DNA of 64,000 nt from the human T2T-CHM13v2.0 reference genome, Homo sapiens. A program made the translations under genes and the position numbers. The notes below the pieces were generated by a model. The model was given only the letters and a program-made list of their open reading frames with translations. It was not told the DNA's origin and made no database searches. The stretch is from NCBI RefSeq assembly GCF_009914755.1, contig NC_060936.1; one strand, 5' to 3'. Below, one piece after another: positions 1 through 14,700 of the stretch (its first letter is position 1; every line of letters starts with the position of its first letter).

Positions 1-113
1 TACCACCGATTAAATTATGGAAAAATTTCAGGGGGAGATAGCAACAGGATGAGACGGCAACATTTTCTTTTATGCTCAAGCTTTGTTTTTAAATGCCAGA
101 GAAACAAGGATAT

Positions 114-327
114 ATTTTTTCTTGTTTTATTTTTAAATTTATAATTGATACAACAATTGTACATATTTATGGTGTGCAATGTTATATTTCAGTGCATTTA
201 TACATCATATTATGATCAATTGGAGTATTTACCATATCCATCACTTTAAACATTTATCCTTTCTTTGTGGTGACAACATTCAAAATCTTCTAAGTATCCT
301 GAAATATACATTACACTGTTTTTTGCT
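114..327 (-). mobile_element. L1MA 3' end with degenerate poly(A)
   Basis: ttgtacatatttatgg..tccatcactttaaacatttatc..gtggtgacaacattcaaaatc is typical L1MA 3'UTR; T-rich tail at 114-135. Confidence 0.8.
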
Positions 328-378
328 AAATGGCAAACAGATGTATGAAACCATGTTCAGCATCACTAATCACCAGAG
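328..378 (+). mobile_element. Short L1 ORF2 fragment, opposite in orientation to the adjacent L1MA 3' end
   Basis: aaatggcaaacagatgtatgaaaccatgttcagcatcactaatcaccagag resembles the L1 ORF2 C-terminal region. Confidence 0.7.
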
Positions 379-1138
379 CAGCGCAAACCTTGACCTCTTA
401 ATCGGCCCTTTATCATCACCTATGCCCCAACCCCATGCCAGGGGGCAGTATTTCACAGGAAGGAACTTTCAGAGGAGCCAACTCTGCCTGGACCAGTCGT
501 TGAAGAGGTTAGTCCTGGGGAGAGGGTGCTGTGATAGCCTGGGGTCTGACACTCACCAGAGGGTTGGGCTGGCAGCAGAATGCTCTCTCTCCCACCGCCT
601 TGCCTGTGGAACCTCTTATGCCAGGCTTGTCTGGAGGAAATGAGTTCTAGCTTCCATGTGGGGCTTGAGGGCAAGGGAAAGGTAGGGTTTGAGATGAGAA
701 TGAGGACTTGGGTTATGCTAACAGCTTCCAGTTTGGGTCTCAGGTTCTGACTCAGAAGCCAAGTATGAGGATATAGCCCCCAGTTGGGCGGGGAGACAGG
801 ATCACAGGGTTTGGGATGGGTGGACTCCTCTCAATCGTGTGGTTCAGGGAACAAACCCTGAGCAACTAGACCCAGATGGGTGAATTTCTGGAGAATTTGA
901 TGCTATTGCCATCACTATCAGCCCCAAGGCTTCCATTATACCCAGTCTTGGGGAGGGTGCACCATTTACATAGACCAAACATGAATGATGCTTCCTGGAG
1001 TTGGCTAATTGACCGATCTGTACCCTGAACTTTCCTTCCTATGGCAGACATTGCTCATCAAACACAGTTTATGTTCAGTTTAGATAAGGACTAGAGTCCT
1101 TCTCCACATGGGGCTGCAGACAAGCCCTGCCAATTCCT

Positions 1139-1845
<707 letters not shown>

Positions 1846-2070
1846 GAAATAAAGATATTTAATGTAGGGAAAGGTTGGGAGGGTTTTGTGTGTGTGTGTG
1901 TGTTTCCAGGGGTTTGTATTCAAATGTATGTGGTATACAACTACTAATATCTTGTCGAAGTTACATGTTTATTATTCTAGGCTGAGGTCTGCAGGAGATA
2001 GAATTAGCAAACAACTAGAATCCATACAACGGGTAAAATTCCAAATATGGTCAAGATTTTGAGAGGGTTC

Positions 2071-3720
2071 CATGGATAGGAAGAATCAATATCATGAAAA
2101 TGGATATACTCTCCAAAGTAATTTATAGATTCAATGCTACTGCCATCCAAACTACCATTGAAATTCTTCACAGAATTAGAAAAAACTACGTTAAATTTCA
2201 TATGGAACCAAAAAAGAGCCTGTGTAGCCAACACAATCCTAAGCAAAAAGAACAAAGCTGGAGGCATCACACTACCTGGCTTCAAACTATACTACAAGGC
2301 TATAGTAACTAAAACACCGTGGTACTGGTACCAAAAGAAACATATAGATCAATGGAACTGAACAGAGACCTCAGAAGTAACACTACACATCTACAACCAT
2401 CTGATCTTCAACAAACCATGTAAAAACAAGCAATGGGGAAAGGATTCTCTATTTAATAAATGGTGCTGGGTAAACTGGCTAGCCATATGCAGAAAACAGA
2501 AACTGGACCCATTCCTTACACCTTATACAAAAATTAACTCAAGATGGATTAAAGACTTAATTGTAGGACTTAAAACCATAAAAACCCTAGAAGAAAACCT
2601 AGGCAATACGATTCAGGACATGGGCATGGGCAAAGACTTCATGACTAAAATACCAAAAGCAATTGCAATAAAATCCAAAATTCACAAATGGGATCTAATT
2701 AAACTAAAGAACTTCTGCACAGCAAATGAAACTATCATCAGAGTGAACAGACAACCTACAGAATGGGAGAAAATTTTTGCAGTCTACCCATCTGACAAAG
2801 GTTCAATATTCAGAAACTACAAGGAACTTAAACAAATTTACAGGAAAAAAATAAACCCATCAAAAAGTGGGCAAAGGATATGAACAGACACTTCTCAAAA
2901 GAAGACATTTATGTGGCCAACAAACATATGAAAAAAGCTCAGCATCACTAATCATTAGAGAAATGCGAATCAAAACCACAGTGAAATACCAGTTCGCACC
3001 AGTCACAATGGCTATTATAAAAAAGTCAGGAAACGGTAGATACTGGCGAGGCTGTGGAGAAATAGGAACGCTTTTACACTGCTGATGGGAATGTAAATTA
3101 GTTCAACCATTGTGGAATACAATGTGGCAATTCCTCAAGGATCTAGAACCAGAAATACCATTTGACCCAGCAATCCCATTACTGGGTATATACCCAGAGG
3201 AATATAAATCATTCTACTATAAAGACACATGCACACATATGTTTATTGCAGCAGTATTTACAATAGCAAAGACTTGGAACCAACCCAAATGCCCATCAAT
3301 GATAGACTGGATAAAGAAAATGTGGTACATATACACCATGGAATACTATGCAGCCATGAAAAGGAATGAGATCATGTCCTTTGCAGGGATGTGGATGAAG
3401 CTGGAAGCCATCATTCTCAGCAAACTAACGCAGGAACAGAAAACCAAACACTGCATGTTCTTGCTCCTAAGTGGGAGTTGAACAATGAGAACACATGGAC
3501 ACAGAGGGGAACAACACACACTGAGGCCAGTGTGGGCAGTGTGGGGCGAGGGGAGGGATAGCATTAGGACAAATAGTTAATGCATGCGGGGCTTAAAACC
3601 TGGATGACAGGTTGATAGGTGCAGCAAACCACCATGGCACATGTATACCTATGTAACAAACCTACACGTTCTGCACTTGTATCCCGGATCTTAAAGTAAA
3701 ATAAAATAAAAATAAAAATA
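2071..3720 (+). mobile_element. 5'-truncated L1PA (about L1PA8)
   Basis: ORF2 3' part, 3'UTR and A-rich tail; perfect 18-bp TSD aagattttgagagggttc at 2053-2070 and 3721-3738. Confidence 0.95.
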
Positions 3721-4921
3721 AAGATTTTGAGAGGGTTCTTGGTCACATGATTGCTCTGGTGCACGTCTTGACTCAGCATTACATATTGTCTTGTCCAAGA
3801 TGCCGTGGTGTCATAGGGTTGAGGGCTGATACTCCAGAGTGAATGACACCTCTGATGGATGCACTACAAAGCCCAGGGATTCACCTTTGAATTAGATTTA
3901 CAACATTATTAAAGGAAAAAGCTGAAGTATCATCATAATTTAATGGGATATAAAATGAAAACAGGTCTTCTAAAATGGAAACTTGAAATCCCAGGGAGGC
4001 ATTTAAAATGTGGTTACTGACAGATCTGTCATGCCAATTTATGAGATGTGAAAGCTTGTTGCTTTCAAAGCCTCTTTCAGGACACTGGTATTTAAGGCCT
4101 CTAAGGCCATCGGTTGGATGCTTTTTTTATATTGATGAAATCCTAAGGGTAGCTTATAAGATGATAGATTTAGCTTCACTGAGAACTGGCATTTAATCAT
4201 CTGTGATAGTAACATGAGGCCAAGTGTAGTATGACCACTGCCCTACGTCACTAAGGACACATTTTACAGCTCATTACTTTATATGTAAGATGGATTTAAA
4301 AAAAGTATATATTGGATTAATTTATAACCCAAACCACAGAATAATTGGAAATATCAAATAACCTTATTAGCTGACACTGAATCTACCAACAGTCCTAACT
4401 AGTCTTTGAGTTAGTAACTCTATACCCTGGGTGGTCAAAGAAAATATTTAAAGTCATTTATTTACCTCTACATATGTCAAACAAAAATTTCAGAGGCCAC
4501 AAAGAAATAAGCAACAAACAAAAACATTCAGCATTAGCTTCTTAAAATGTGGATTGGATCAGATCACTCTTAGAAACTGTTACTATCTTAGTGGTAACTT
4601 CCTACCCAGAGATCACCCCACCCCTCCTTCACTACTCCCTTACTGCAGATTCCTTACTTACAGGCGAAAAAAGAAAAAAATTGCGTACTTCTTAGCATAA
4701 TGTTCAAGGCTTTACAGCATCTAGCTCATCCTTCATTGCTAGCCTTTTTTCGTCTCTTGACATATCAGTGCTTCAATTTATCTACAGTCTTCTCTCAGTT
4801 TCACAAGCTTGCTGCATGCTTCGTCTCTGGTGACTCTGATCATGCTCTACCCTTGCCTACAAGGCCTTTCTCCTTTTTTTCCACCTATTAAACTTTATCC
4901 ATATCCAAAGATTCAGCCTGT

Positions 4922-5236
4922 GGCCAGGCCCAGTGGCTCATACCTGTAATCCCAGCACTTTGGGAGGCCGAGGTAGGCGGATCACTTAAGTCCAGAGTTC
5001 GAGACCATCCTGGGCAACAAAGCAAAACCCCGTCCTATTAAAAATACAAAAATTAGCCAGGTGTGGCAGCACACACTTGTTATCCCTGCTGCTTAGGAGG
5101 CTGAGGCAGGAGAATCGCTTGAACTTGGGAGGTGGAGGTTGCAGTGAGCTGAGATCACATCGCTGCACTCCAACATGGGTCACAGAGTGAGACTCTGTCT
5201 CAAAAACAAACAAACAAACAAACAAAAAACAAAAAG
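4922..5236 (+). mobile_element. Alu (J or early S) inserted in an L2 remnant
   Basis: Dimeric Alu with (CAAA)n tail; TSD caaagattcagc(c/t)tg at 4906-4920 and 5237-5251. Confidence 0.93.
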
Positions 5237-6531
5237 CAAAGATTCAGCTTGAATGCCATTTTTTGTGAAGTCTGCTCCCAATCCCTATTATGTAATCAGG
5301 GCTCCATCCTCTTCATTTGCACATCCCTTGGTTAAGTCTTATAGAATAGTTGTCTAGGATTTGGCTTTGATGTTTACACAGGTTTGATTTATACTGGGAT
5401 GGAATCCCTTTATCAGTTACATAACCTGGAGCACCTTATTGAACCCTCCAAGCTTCAGTTGTTTTCCCCACAGGACTGTGAAAAGTATCTAGCGGGATAT
5501 TTTTGACACAGAGGAGGCATTAAAGGGGCAGTATGGACATGTCAGTCCCACTCCTGTCCAGGAAAAATTTCACTACAGAAAAAATGAGGATAATAAAGCT
5601 TCTGAAGTAAAATTTAATGGTTGTGGTTATTAATTATTTAGCAAAGAAAAGAAGAAGAGGTCGGAAAAAGAGGAGGAACAGAAAGGAGAAAGAGGAGAAA
5701 AAAAGGAAAAAAGCAACCCTCTAACTAAGAAATATTACTGCTGTGTGAAACACAAATGTCTATAAACCAAGTGAATTTTTGGACTGTGGTTTAAAATGAT
5801 ATGTTTCTAACATTATCTTTCTACTTTATGTGTAATCACCTGTCAAAACACAGGAAAAGAATAACTAATTAAACATTAATGAATAGGGGGAGTGTGTGTG
5901 GGAGGGAGCACATATTTAACCTGTTAGATTTATTTTTTAAATTATATGATCAAAAATTAAAACATTATGTTACTGGTCCAAGAATCAAGAGACAGGATAA
6001 ATACTGCTAAAATTTTCACCATATTTGAAGGGATGTTCAGGATGATGAACTTAAAATGTTGTCTTTTATGATTTATGCAAAGTTCAGTCTATCCTAAGGG
6101 AACACCTTAAAAGGAGATCAGTAATCCACTCAAAATCCTAAAGCTGAGGTCGACAGAGGGTAAGAAAAGACCCGATATGAGCCTCCCCAAATTGAAAGCC
6201 ACAGGGCAGAGATGCTGAATTTCAGTTGTGGGTTATAAGGAGCTCCCTTTTCCCACAGCCAAATCTAGAGATTAGAATCCAGGATTGCTTGATTGGGTCC
6301 ATTAACTCAGCAGGTGAGCTAGTGCTCTCTAGGTTCCTTGTGTGCTTAGTTTATGCCATTTTCACATCATAGTGAAGCTGACATTATTGTTATCCATGCT
6401 TTACACTTAGAAAATGTGGGCATACAGAGATCATTTGTTCAAGGTGATGCACTAGTAAGTGGTAAAGCCAGTTATAAATCCAATGTGACTTCAGAACTTG
6501 CATAAAAGCTACTGTGCTATACTGATAATTC

Positions 6532-6533
<2 letters not shown>

Positions 6534-6575
<42 letters not shown>
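6534..6575. repeat. (AC)21 microsatellite
   Basis: Direct reading; lies next to a MIR remnant at ~6340-6520. Confidence 0.97.
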
Positions 6576-6577
<2 letters not shown>

Positions 6578-7351
6578 TCTCTCTCTCAAAGAAACATTAC
6601 AAAACTGCAGAGAACATTTCTATCCTCAGTAGAGAAACTTGGAAAATCATCTATTTGGAAAAAAGTGAAGTTTGATCATCATTTTTTTTCCCCTTCACCT
6701 CATTTGACCAAAAAAAAAAAAAAAAACATAGAAGCAGGCTAACCAACTCAATGACAACAATAACCACTGTGAAGCAAAAAATAAAAAATAAATATAGATT
6801 ACAATGGCATATGTGTGAGGAGTTGAGAACTGTAAAAGATTTCTAAGCCTAAAAGGAAAAATCACCACAAGTAAAAAGATTTATATATTGAACTACATAA
6901 AATATATATATTCTTGACAGAAAATAGTTATCAACAAAATTGAAAATGACTTACATGCTAGAAAGTTGTTTTTAATTAGTATGAAGAGGATTAATAGTCT
7001 CAGTAGATGAGAATCAATCAATTAGAAGAACACTATGAAGTAGACAGTTTACAGAAAAATGCATAGAAATGACTTCTAAATATACAAAATAAAAACCTCA
7101 TTATTGATAACACAAAATGAAATGAAAACTCTAAGTACCATTTTCATCTATCAAATTAGCCCAGATTTTTAAAAAGTTTTTACTAGAAAAGATAAAAGTA
7201 AACATTCTCATACTCTACTGCTAGAGTGTAATTTGAATCAACCTTTCAAAAAATAAATTTTATAATATGGAAAATATCCATAAAATAGTCATACCCTTGA
7301 TTCAGTAATTATTCTGCTTCTAGGGGCGAGTCTTAAGAAAGTACCAGATAT

Positions 7352-8115
7352 ATATATATATATTTTTTATTATACTTTAAGTTTTAGGGTACATGTGCAC
7401 AATGTGCAGGTTTGTTACATATGTATACATGTGCCATGTTGATGTGCTGCACCCATTAACTCGTCATTTAGCATTAGGTATATCTCCTAAAGCTATCCCT
7501 CCCCTCTCCCCCCACCCCACAACAGTACCCGGAGTGTGATGTTCCCCTTCCTGTGTCCATGTATTCTCATTGTTCAATTCCCACCTATGAGTGAGAACAT
7601 GCGGTGTTTGGTTTTTTGTCCTTGCGATAGTTTGCTGAGAATGATGGTTTCCAGTTTCATCCATGTCCCTAAAAAGGACATGAACTGTTCATATTTTATG
7701 GCTGCATAGTATTCCATGGTGTATATATGCCACATTTTCTTAATCCAGTCTATCGTTGTTGGACATTTGGGTTGGTTCCAAGTCTTTGCTATTGTGAATA
7801 GTGCCACAATAAACATACGTGTGCATGTGTCTTTATAGCAGCATGATTTATAATCCTTTGGATATATACCCAGTAATGGGATGGCTGGGTGAAATGGTAT
7901 TTCTAGTTCTAGATCCCTGAGGAATCACCACACTGACTTCCACAATGGTTGAACTAGTTTACAGTCTCAAACAAATTTACAAGAAAAAAACAAACAACCC
8001 CATCAAAAAGTGGGCAAAGGATATGAACAGACACTTCTCAAAAGAAGACATTTATGCAGCCAAAAAACACATGAAAAAATGCTCATCATCACTGGCCATC
8101 AGAGAAATGCAAATT
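7352..8115 (-). mobile_element. Young L1PA (about L1PA3) with 5' inversion, inserted in an old L1ME fragment
   Basis: 3'UTR/ORF2 on the - strand at 7352-7966 and an inverted ORF2 piece at 7966-8115; 15-bp TSD gaaagtaccagatat at 7337-7351 and 8116-8130; (TA)n tail. Confidence 0.93.
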
Positions 8116-11100
8116 GAAAGTACCAGATATTAACTAGGATTTATAATACTGACATATAACACTGACATATATGACATATAGTAACTAAATGTCTAATAAC
8201 GAGTCCAAGTAAGTTAGATAAATTTATATCATGGAATATTACACAGCTGTGTAAGATAGCATGTTTGAATGATAGTGTGTTTGATTTTTCTTAAAAATAT
8301 CCACAATGTAAGCAGTTAATTGTAAAAGCAGGATATAAACTTGGACATGGTAGGATCACAATTTGGTAACACAGACACATGCATACACATATACATGCAT
8401 AGGTATAGAGAAAATACAGGAATAAAATACAGCCAAAGAATAACAAAATACTGGCAAAAAATCAACCACTGCATTACTGGAGGGATAATTTCATTTTCCG
8501 CTATACCCTTTTCTGTGTTTTTCTATTAGCATTTAAAAAATATTTTTTAACATGGAAAATATGTTTTGGAAAACAATCCTCATATTTCAGAAAGAGAATG
8601 TCATTACTGGACACTGATGATAACTATAGTATTGTTGTTCAGTGAAGCAAATTATTAATAACCTGACTCAGAAAGCCAATCCAGACCATTCCTCATATCC
8701 TCAAGCAGATTTTATATTAAATTATTTATATAAGTCATTTATAACTCATATTACTAAAAACACTAGTTAGGAACATCATTTGTGGTCAGCATTTTTGTAA
8801 AACTTTAAATTAAAAATAAACATAAACACATATGTACACACTATGTGCATACATATACACATACATACCCACAGAATAAGGATATATATAAATTTATGTA
8901 TACTTAAATTTATATAAAAATTTTATATTTACACATATGTGCATATAAAACAATGTATGTATGTTGAAAGGAACAAGACTTTTGCCTGCTTTTTTATTGC
9001 ATTGGTCAGATATATGGAATCTCATTATTATATTTAAACTACTTACTATTGAATGTGGACCCAAAATGTCATGTTTTAACCTTTTAAATATGAAGGAAGG
9101 AAGAAATATGCAATCACATATTTCAATAAAGTTAAATTCCATTTCAGGTTTCATCTCATTATTTATAATTTGATCAGATTCACAAGATGAAATTACTCTT
9201 ATAAATAATACATGGATATTTCATGTGAATTTTGATGTAGATTTATACAATGTGGAATTTTGCTGCTATAGATTACTATGCATTCTTGAGTTTTATGATG
9301 AAAGATATATCCAGTAGTAATATAATGCAATAGGAATTGATATGATGTCAGAAACCCCAAAAAGTGTTTGCAGATGCAATTAAAATGTATAAAATAACAT
9401 GGGCTTTCATCTTACTTGATTTCTGTTTCTCAGAATAGCATTATTTAGGATAATCAAAGAAACGTTTGTTTTAAAAAATCAATACCCTTGAAGCATCATC
9501 ATTATTTTTAAATATGTGCAATTGTTTCTACAGGTTATTGATTTTACCTGTCTCAGTATATAATGATTGTTTGGTTTTAAGTCTTTCCTAAAAGGGTTTG
9601 TAACTTGGCCATTATTTACACATATATGTTCTATGGTTACTGCCTTCTCTTTTCCTGGTCTGTGACTGGGTCCCTGCTGACCCTGACAAATGACTTTTTT
9701 ATTCCTCCTAGTTAACCCTTCTTCACATAAAGGAAGAAAGGATTTATGAAATATCTATTGCATACTAGATGTTTATTTGTATGTGACTTGATCGAATCCT
9801 CAAATAGCCTATATGCTAGGTCATTGGAGAACACATCACTCAAGCAAAGAAGAAAGAGGCAGAGAGAAGGAGAAGTTGCACACCCATGGGAAGAGTTTTC
9901 CTCTTACGGTGGTTTAGAAGTAGTCCTGCTGCCCTGGGCTCAATATTATGTGCTTGAGCGGAGCCGTAGGCATCTGCACTCCTATCCATTTGCTGATTCT
10001 TCTCACCCTTTTGACACGTTGACTCTCTCTCTATATATAGGTGTCCACTCCATTTGTTGTTTGTCTTTACCATTCTGTTTTGGGATTGGAGCTCTGTCTC
10101 GAATCCAGATCTTGACACAATGTCTAGTCCTTTTAGCCATCTCCAGTAGAGGAAGGACCTTGCCTGTCATATCCTCAACTACTTGCTAGGGTTGTGTCTT
10201 CAAAGGACTGGTAGCTTGAAACAATAGTTGCTACTAATATCTGATTTCGAGTTTCTCCTCTACATAAAACCTTTTCTCCTGACCAGAATTTTCACTGGTA
10301 TTGGGGCAAATTGCCATATAGATTTCATTGTAAATCACTACCTTTGGCATCCTAAAGCCAAATCAACTACTCCAACATAGATCCCACTTGACACCCATGT
10401 CTCTGGTGCTGCACCCTGAATAAAACACATTATACAGGAGACACAGCTTATTTTACATTTTCCTCTCCGAACAAAAATATATCATATGCAATAAGGAGGA
10501 AATTTATGAGAAAATATGGTGTTTCTATTTTTAAATAAAGTATATATTATGCACATATGTTTTTGGATTTTGCCAGAATTATTTTTGACATAATCTTTCT
10601 GAACTCATTGCTATTAAGTCATAACTATGTTAATTTTAGTAGTATTCTTTAGAATAATGTTAATCCAGTATATTTAAAATAAATAGATTAGGAAACCTGG
10701 AGATTATTAATATTTATTACCTTTATGAGAAGACAGAACATAGTTTGAAAATTACCTTTTTCATAATAGAGATTTAATTATCTTTTCCCAAGGAATTTCT
10801 TTATCTTGGCTTAGCTTTGAATTCAACTCTGTAGCTACCAAAGCATTAGGTGGGCATTTATCAACAAAATGCATTTTTTATGTAATTTTTGATGCTAGAT
10901 AGTACAAACCCCTCCAAAGCATAAATGACCTCCCTGTTCATTCTATTACATTCAAAAATGTTTTTATATATTTTTGACATTAGTTCCTCTTACCTCAGGT
11001 AATTACTGTCTATGTATAATGAGCAGCCGTGGCCTCATTGAGTAATGGCTGTTCTATTTCTTTCAAGAGTTTAAAAGACTTGTAGCTCATATGGCTGATT

Positions 11101-11544
11101 ATGAAGTTTCATTCACTTATGGAAAACATTTTTTCTTCTTCCCTCATGACATATGGTGTGTATTCTAGAGAAATATTTTTAACATTAAAGCATCACCAGG
11201 AAAAAAAAGATTAGAGTGTTTTGACATTTCTGTTATTTAAATTCTTAACAGAAGAAAAATCAACCTTGTTAAATGAAAGAATCTATATTTATTCAAACTC
11301 TTTTGAAAAAATAATTAAAGATTGGTTCAAAACATTTGTAATTACATTTTATTTTGGAAAGCTTTTCACAATTCAATAGTCAGGGTTTCTTTTAAGTCAT
11401 CTCAGTGGAGAATACAGCTATCCTTGAGAATCACATATAAACTTTACAGAATTAGCAAATGTGTAGTTGTGGCTGTGTCCAGAGACTGCTGGAACATTGA
11501 GATGAATATTGATGAATTCAGCCAGATGTTCATTAATGTTCATT

Positions 11545-11725
11545 TTCTAATACAGGAGCCATTAGCTACATATAGCTACTGAGCACTTGAAATTTGTCTG
11601 AATTGAGATGTGCTGTAAGCATAAAGTCACCATGGATGTCAAGAATTCATTAAGAAAAAATATAAAATATCAAATTCATAATTTTAAATTGATTTTATTG
11701 ATTTGTGGCTTGTGTTGTATTTCTG
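11545..11725 (-). mobile_element. MER33-like hAT-Charlie DNA transposon fragment
   Basis: agccattagctacatatagctactgagcacttgaaat..gaattgagatgtgctgtaag matches recalled MER33. Confidence 0.7.
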
Positions 11726-14700
11726 CCTTTGTATACAAAACATTTGAGTAAAATATAAAAATGTACTTCACTTTTCATATTAGTGTTCTGTTATCCCTTT
11801 AGCATTTCCCATGTCATTGTTTCTTACTAAACTGCATAGGAGGTACAGCAGCTCCGCTAATGGAGTGAGCTCTCTTGGTATTGAGGTGGCCAGCATTATA
11901 CTAAATGTTCCAGCTATATAGCAACCTACAATATGAGTCCCTACAATGTGCTGTGTGAATTATATAAATTATCTCACATAGTCTTCACCATACTCTATGA
12001 TGTGGTTATTATAACTGCAGTTTTAAGATGAGGAAACTGAATCTCAGATGATTCAAAAACATGTTTAATATGATTATTACAAAGCTTACTAAAGGGACTG
12101 AGTCAGGATTCAAAGCAAAGTTTGTCAGTCTTTATGGTCTCACTGCGCAAATACTTTTCTTTCTATTTTAAGACTTTCCAGGAAATTCATGAAGATACGG
12201 ACTTCTTTCAAGGAGTTATGTTAAATTGATCTTTGGGAATGATGATGGTCATTACGATAATTGTCGGTAAAAGTTACACAAGACTTCTCCAACCTTAGTA
12301 GGTAATTAAGTATGTTCCACAAGGAATAGTAAGTGATGGCATTCACTGAAATAGGAACTTTATCTAAATGTTTCCATGCATCCTTATTGTTATAATGAGT
12401 AAATAATAACAGTGGCCATATTAAAAATAGAATTACCCTTTTTGAATTAAAATTATGTATTTGAATTAGAAAAAAAGCATTTGAAACATGTATTTTTAAA
12501 AAGCAACAAGAACTCGTTATAAAATTATTTGTAACCTGGCCCACATTTAGCACTACTGCTATTTGATGAGTTGAAGAATGAAGGACATCAGTTTATGTAA
12601 TGATTTTTAGTTAAGAACCAATCGTTTCTTATTTTAAAAACCGCCATGAAAAATTTTGGAGATTTATATGATATCTGAGAACATTTAGAACACCATGTGA
12701 AACCTCCCTTGACTAGGTTCTGCTAATTGGTTTCACTGGTCAGAATTGGCTGTGGACATTTTCCCTACTGCTCCCAGGCCAACGTAGGGACCGATGGTAC
12801 AAGAAGCGTCTTTCCATGACACTTAGCTCTTCTGTCCAGAAGACCTGCCTTGGCCACTAAGGCCATTATTGCCACAGATATCTGCAGGTTAGTGAAAGGT
12901 GAGAAAGCATGTTCTTCAGCAATTTGAGTTACCACCGTATTTACACTGGTAATTTTTATGGTAATGAGATTGTGTCTTACAGACTCACTTGTGATTTTTT
13001 GACTTGCCCTCTGGCTAAGTGGAGTCTAAACCTTTCCTCATATGCTGCCTCGGCCATCAGGTGCACAAGTACAAAGACTCCTTTCATGATGAGAAGCTGT
13101 GTGATTTCAAATGAAATTGTACCTAAAGGATGCTGTAATTCATACTTACAAAGAAAAAGTGCTTACTAGTAAATAACTTTCCATTTTCTAATATCCTCTA
13201 TTTTTAATCCATTGGTAATATCTATTATTAACCTCTATGGTAAATACAAAAACAAATAGAAACATACAGTATTTATTATTTGGTAATATAAGGGAAAATT
13301 GCTCTAGTCATAAAATTATTTTAAAGTTGGTTACTTTGGTTATCATTTGCCCCAGCATGTACTTCAGACTACATGAGTTTAGAAGGGAAAAACAAATATC
13401 TGTTTACGGATAGAGATTAGTTTTGTTTTGTCTTGTTTAAAACCATCCTCCACCCCTTCCCACCCCAGCTAGTTTCACAGTGGAAAACCATGTGCAAATC
13501 ATAGATCCTGGCAGTGAGAGGAGAGGCAGATGGGCATAAATCTTGAGATTTAAGTATCTTAATCAGACTCCACAAGTAAAAAGAGAGACAAATTTTTTTA
13601 GCAAGCTGCTTTTAAAATATTCTATTTTGTAATTGTGAGTGGCACATTGAACTTTATATAGCATGTTTCTTGTATAATAATCTCTATTAACTGATAACTA
13701 TGTCCTTTACAGGACATTATCCAATTATGTCTTGGATTTTTAAAATAGATTTTAAAATTGTGAGTATATACAAGTTACATTAATGCGTATTGGATCTTTG
13801 GTCCATCTTAAAACATTTTTTTAAAAAAATCAATTAAAAAATCAATAATGTCTATAAAACAGAAATTATTTGTGGAGCAATCTTATAGGCACTTCACATG
13901 ATTAACTCAGTAAAGAACTGAAGGGTGGCTTATCGCTATCTCAGATGAAGAAGCTAAGGCTCAGAAAAGGTAAATAGCTTGCTTTTATTATTGCTTAATC
14001 AGTAAATAGTAAAGATTCAAACACGACTCTGCCTAACTGGAAAACTAATGTTCTCACGTGCTATCTGATTTAAAATATCAAACTATAATGTGGAAAATGC
14101 AAAACAATTCTGAAATTTTGGTATTTATGAAATCAGTAGTCTGGATTTTTTTGCACAATGGATAAAAAGCTTTTTGATATTACTGAGGATTTGGGCTGTC
14201 TTGGTACTGCTTTGGCTTCAAGGTTTATATTTTAAAAAAACTTGATGCTACAGATTCTTATCAATAGTATCGCTATGGGGAGAAGTCATATTAAAAAAAT
14301 AAAGCTTAAGGAAACAGTCCAATTTGAATAATAGGAACATAGATGGAAGGTACGATGGTGTTGAATAATCCTGCTGTTGCTATTATGACATTTCGCTTAT
14401 AAAGAAAACCACAGTAATTTTCCCAGTTTAGTGGTAAATTGAGAAGTAGGAATCTCTGAGAAACCTTCACATGCGCAGCATTTTGGATGGTGTTTGGAAC
14501 AAAGCATTGGAGTGAAATTCAATTAAAGCAAGCCAGGAAGCCCTTCTGAATGAAGTTCTGAACTAGCTTTTCCTTTACACCCTGCAAGATTCATCTTATT
14601 GTAATTCTCTATTGATTTGGGTATGAATTACAAGTTAATGACTTTTGTTCAAAGGTGGAGAATTACCTTGTTTAATGAAATGGAATGTAAACAGCCAATG

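Noticed and set aside
179-643. 154-aa + strand ORF
   Set aside because: Crosses L1 fragments and the antisense of the retrocopy's 3' part; no recognisable protein.
2094-3481. Several ORFs with ORF2p-like text (also 25043-25864 and 28058-28402)
   Set aside because: Frameshifted fragments of truncated L1s; no intact or mobile L1 in the window.
9746-10189. 147-aa ORF and flanking GC-richer patch
   Set aside because: No recognisable homology or splice context; probably a decayed LTR-class repeat that I cannot name.
11021-11054. Short hairpin gagcagccgt..atggctgttc
   Set aside because: The stem is only ~10 bp with GU pairs; too short for a pre-miRNA and expected by chance.
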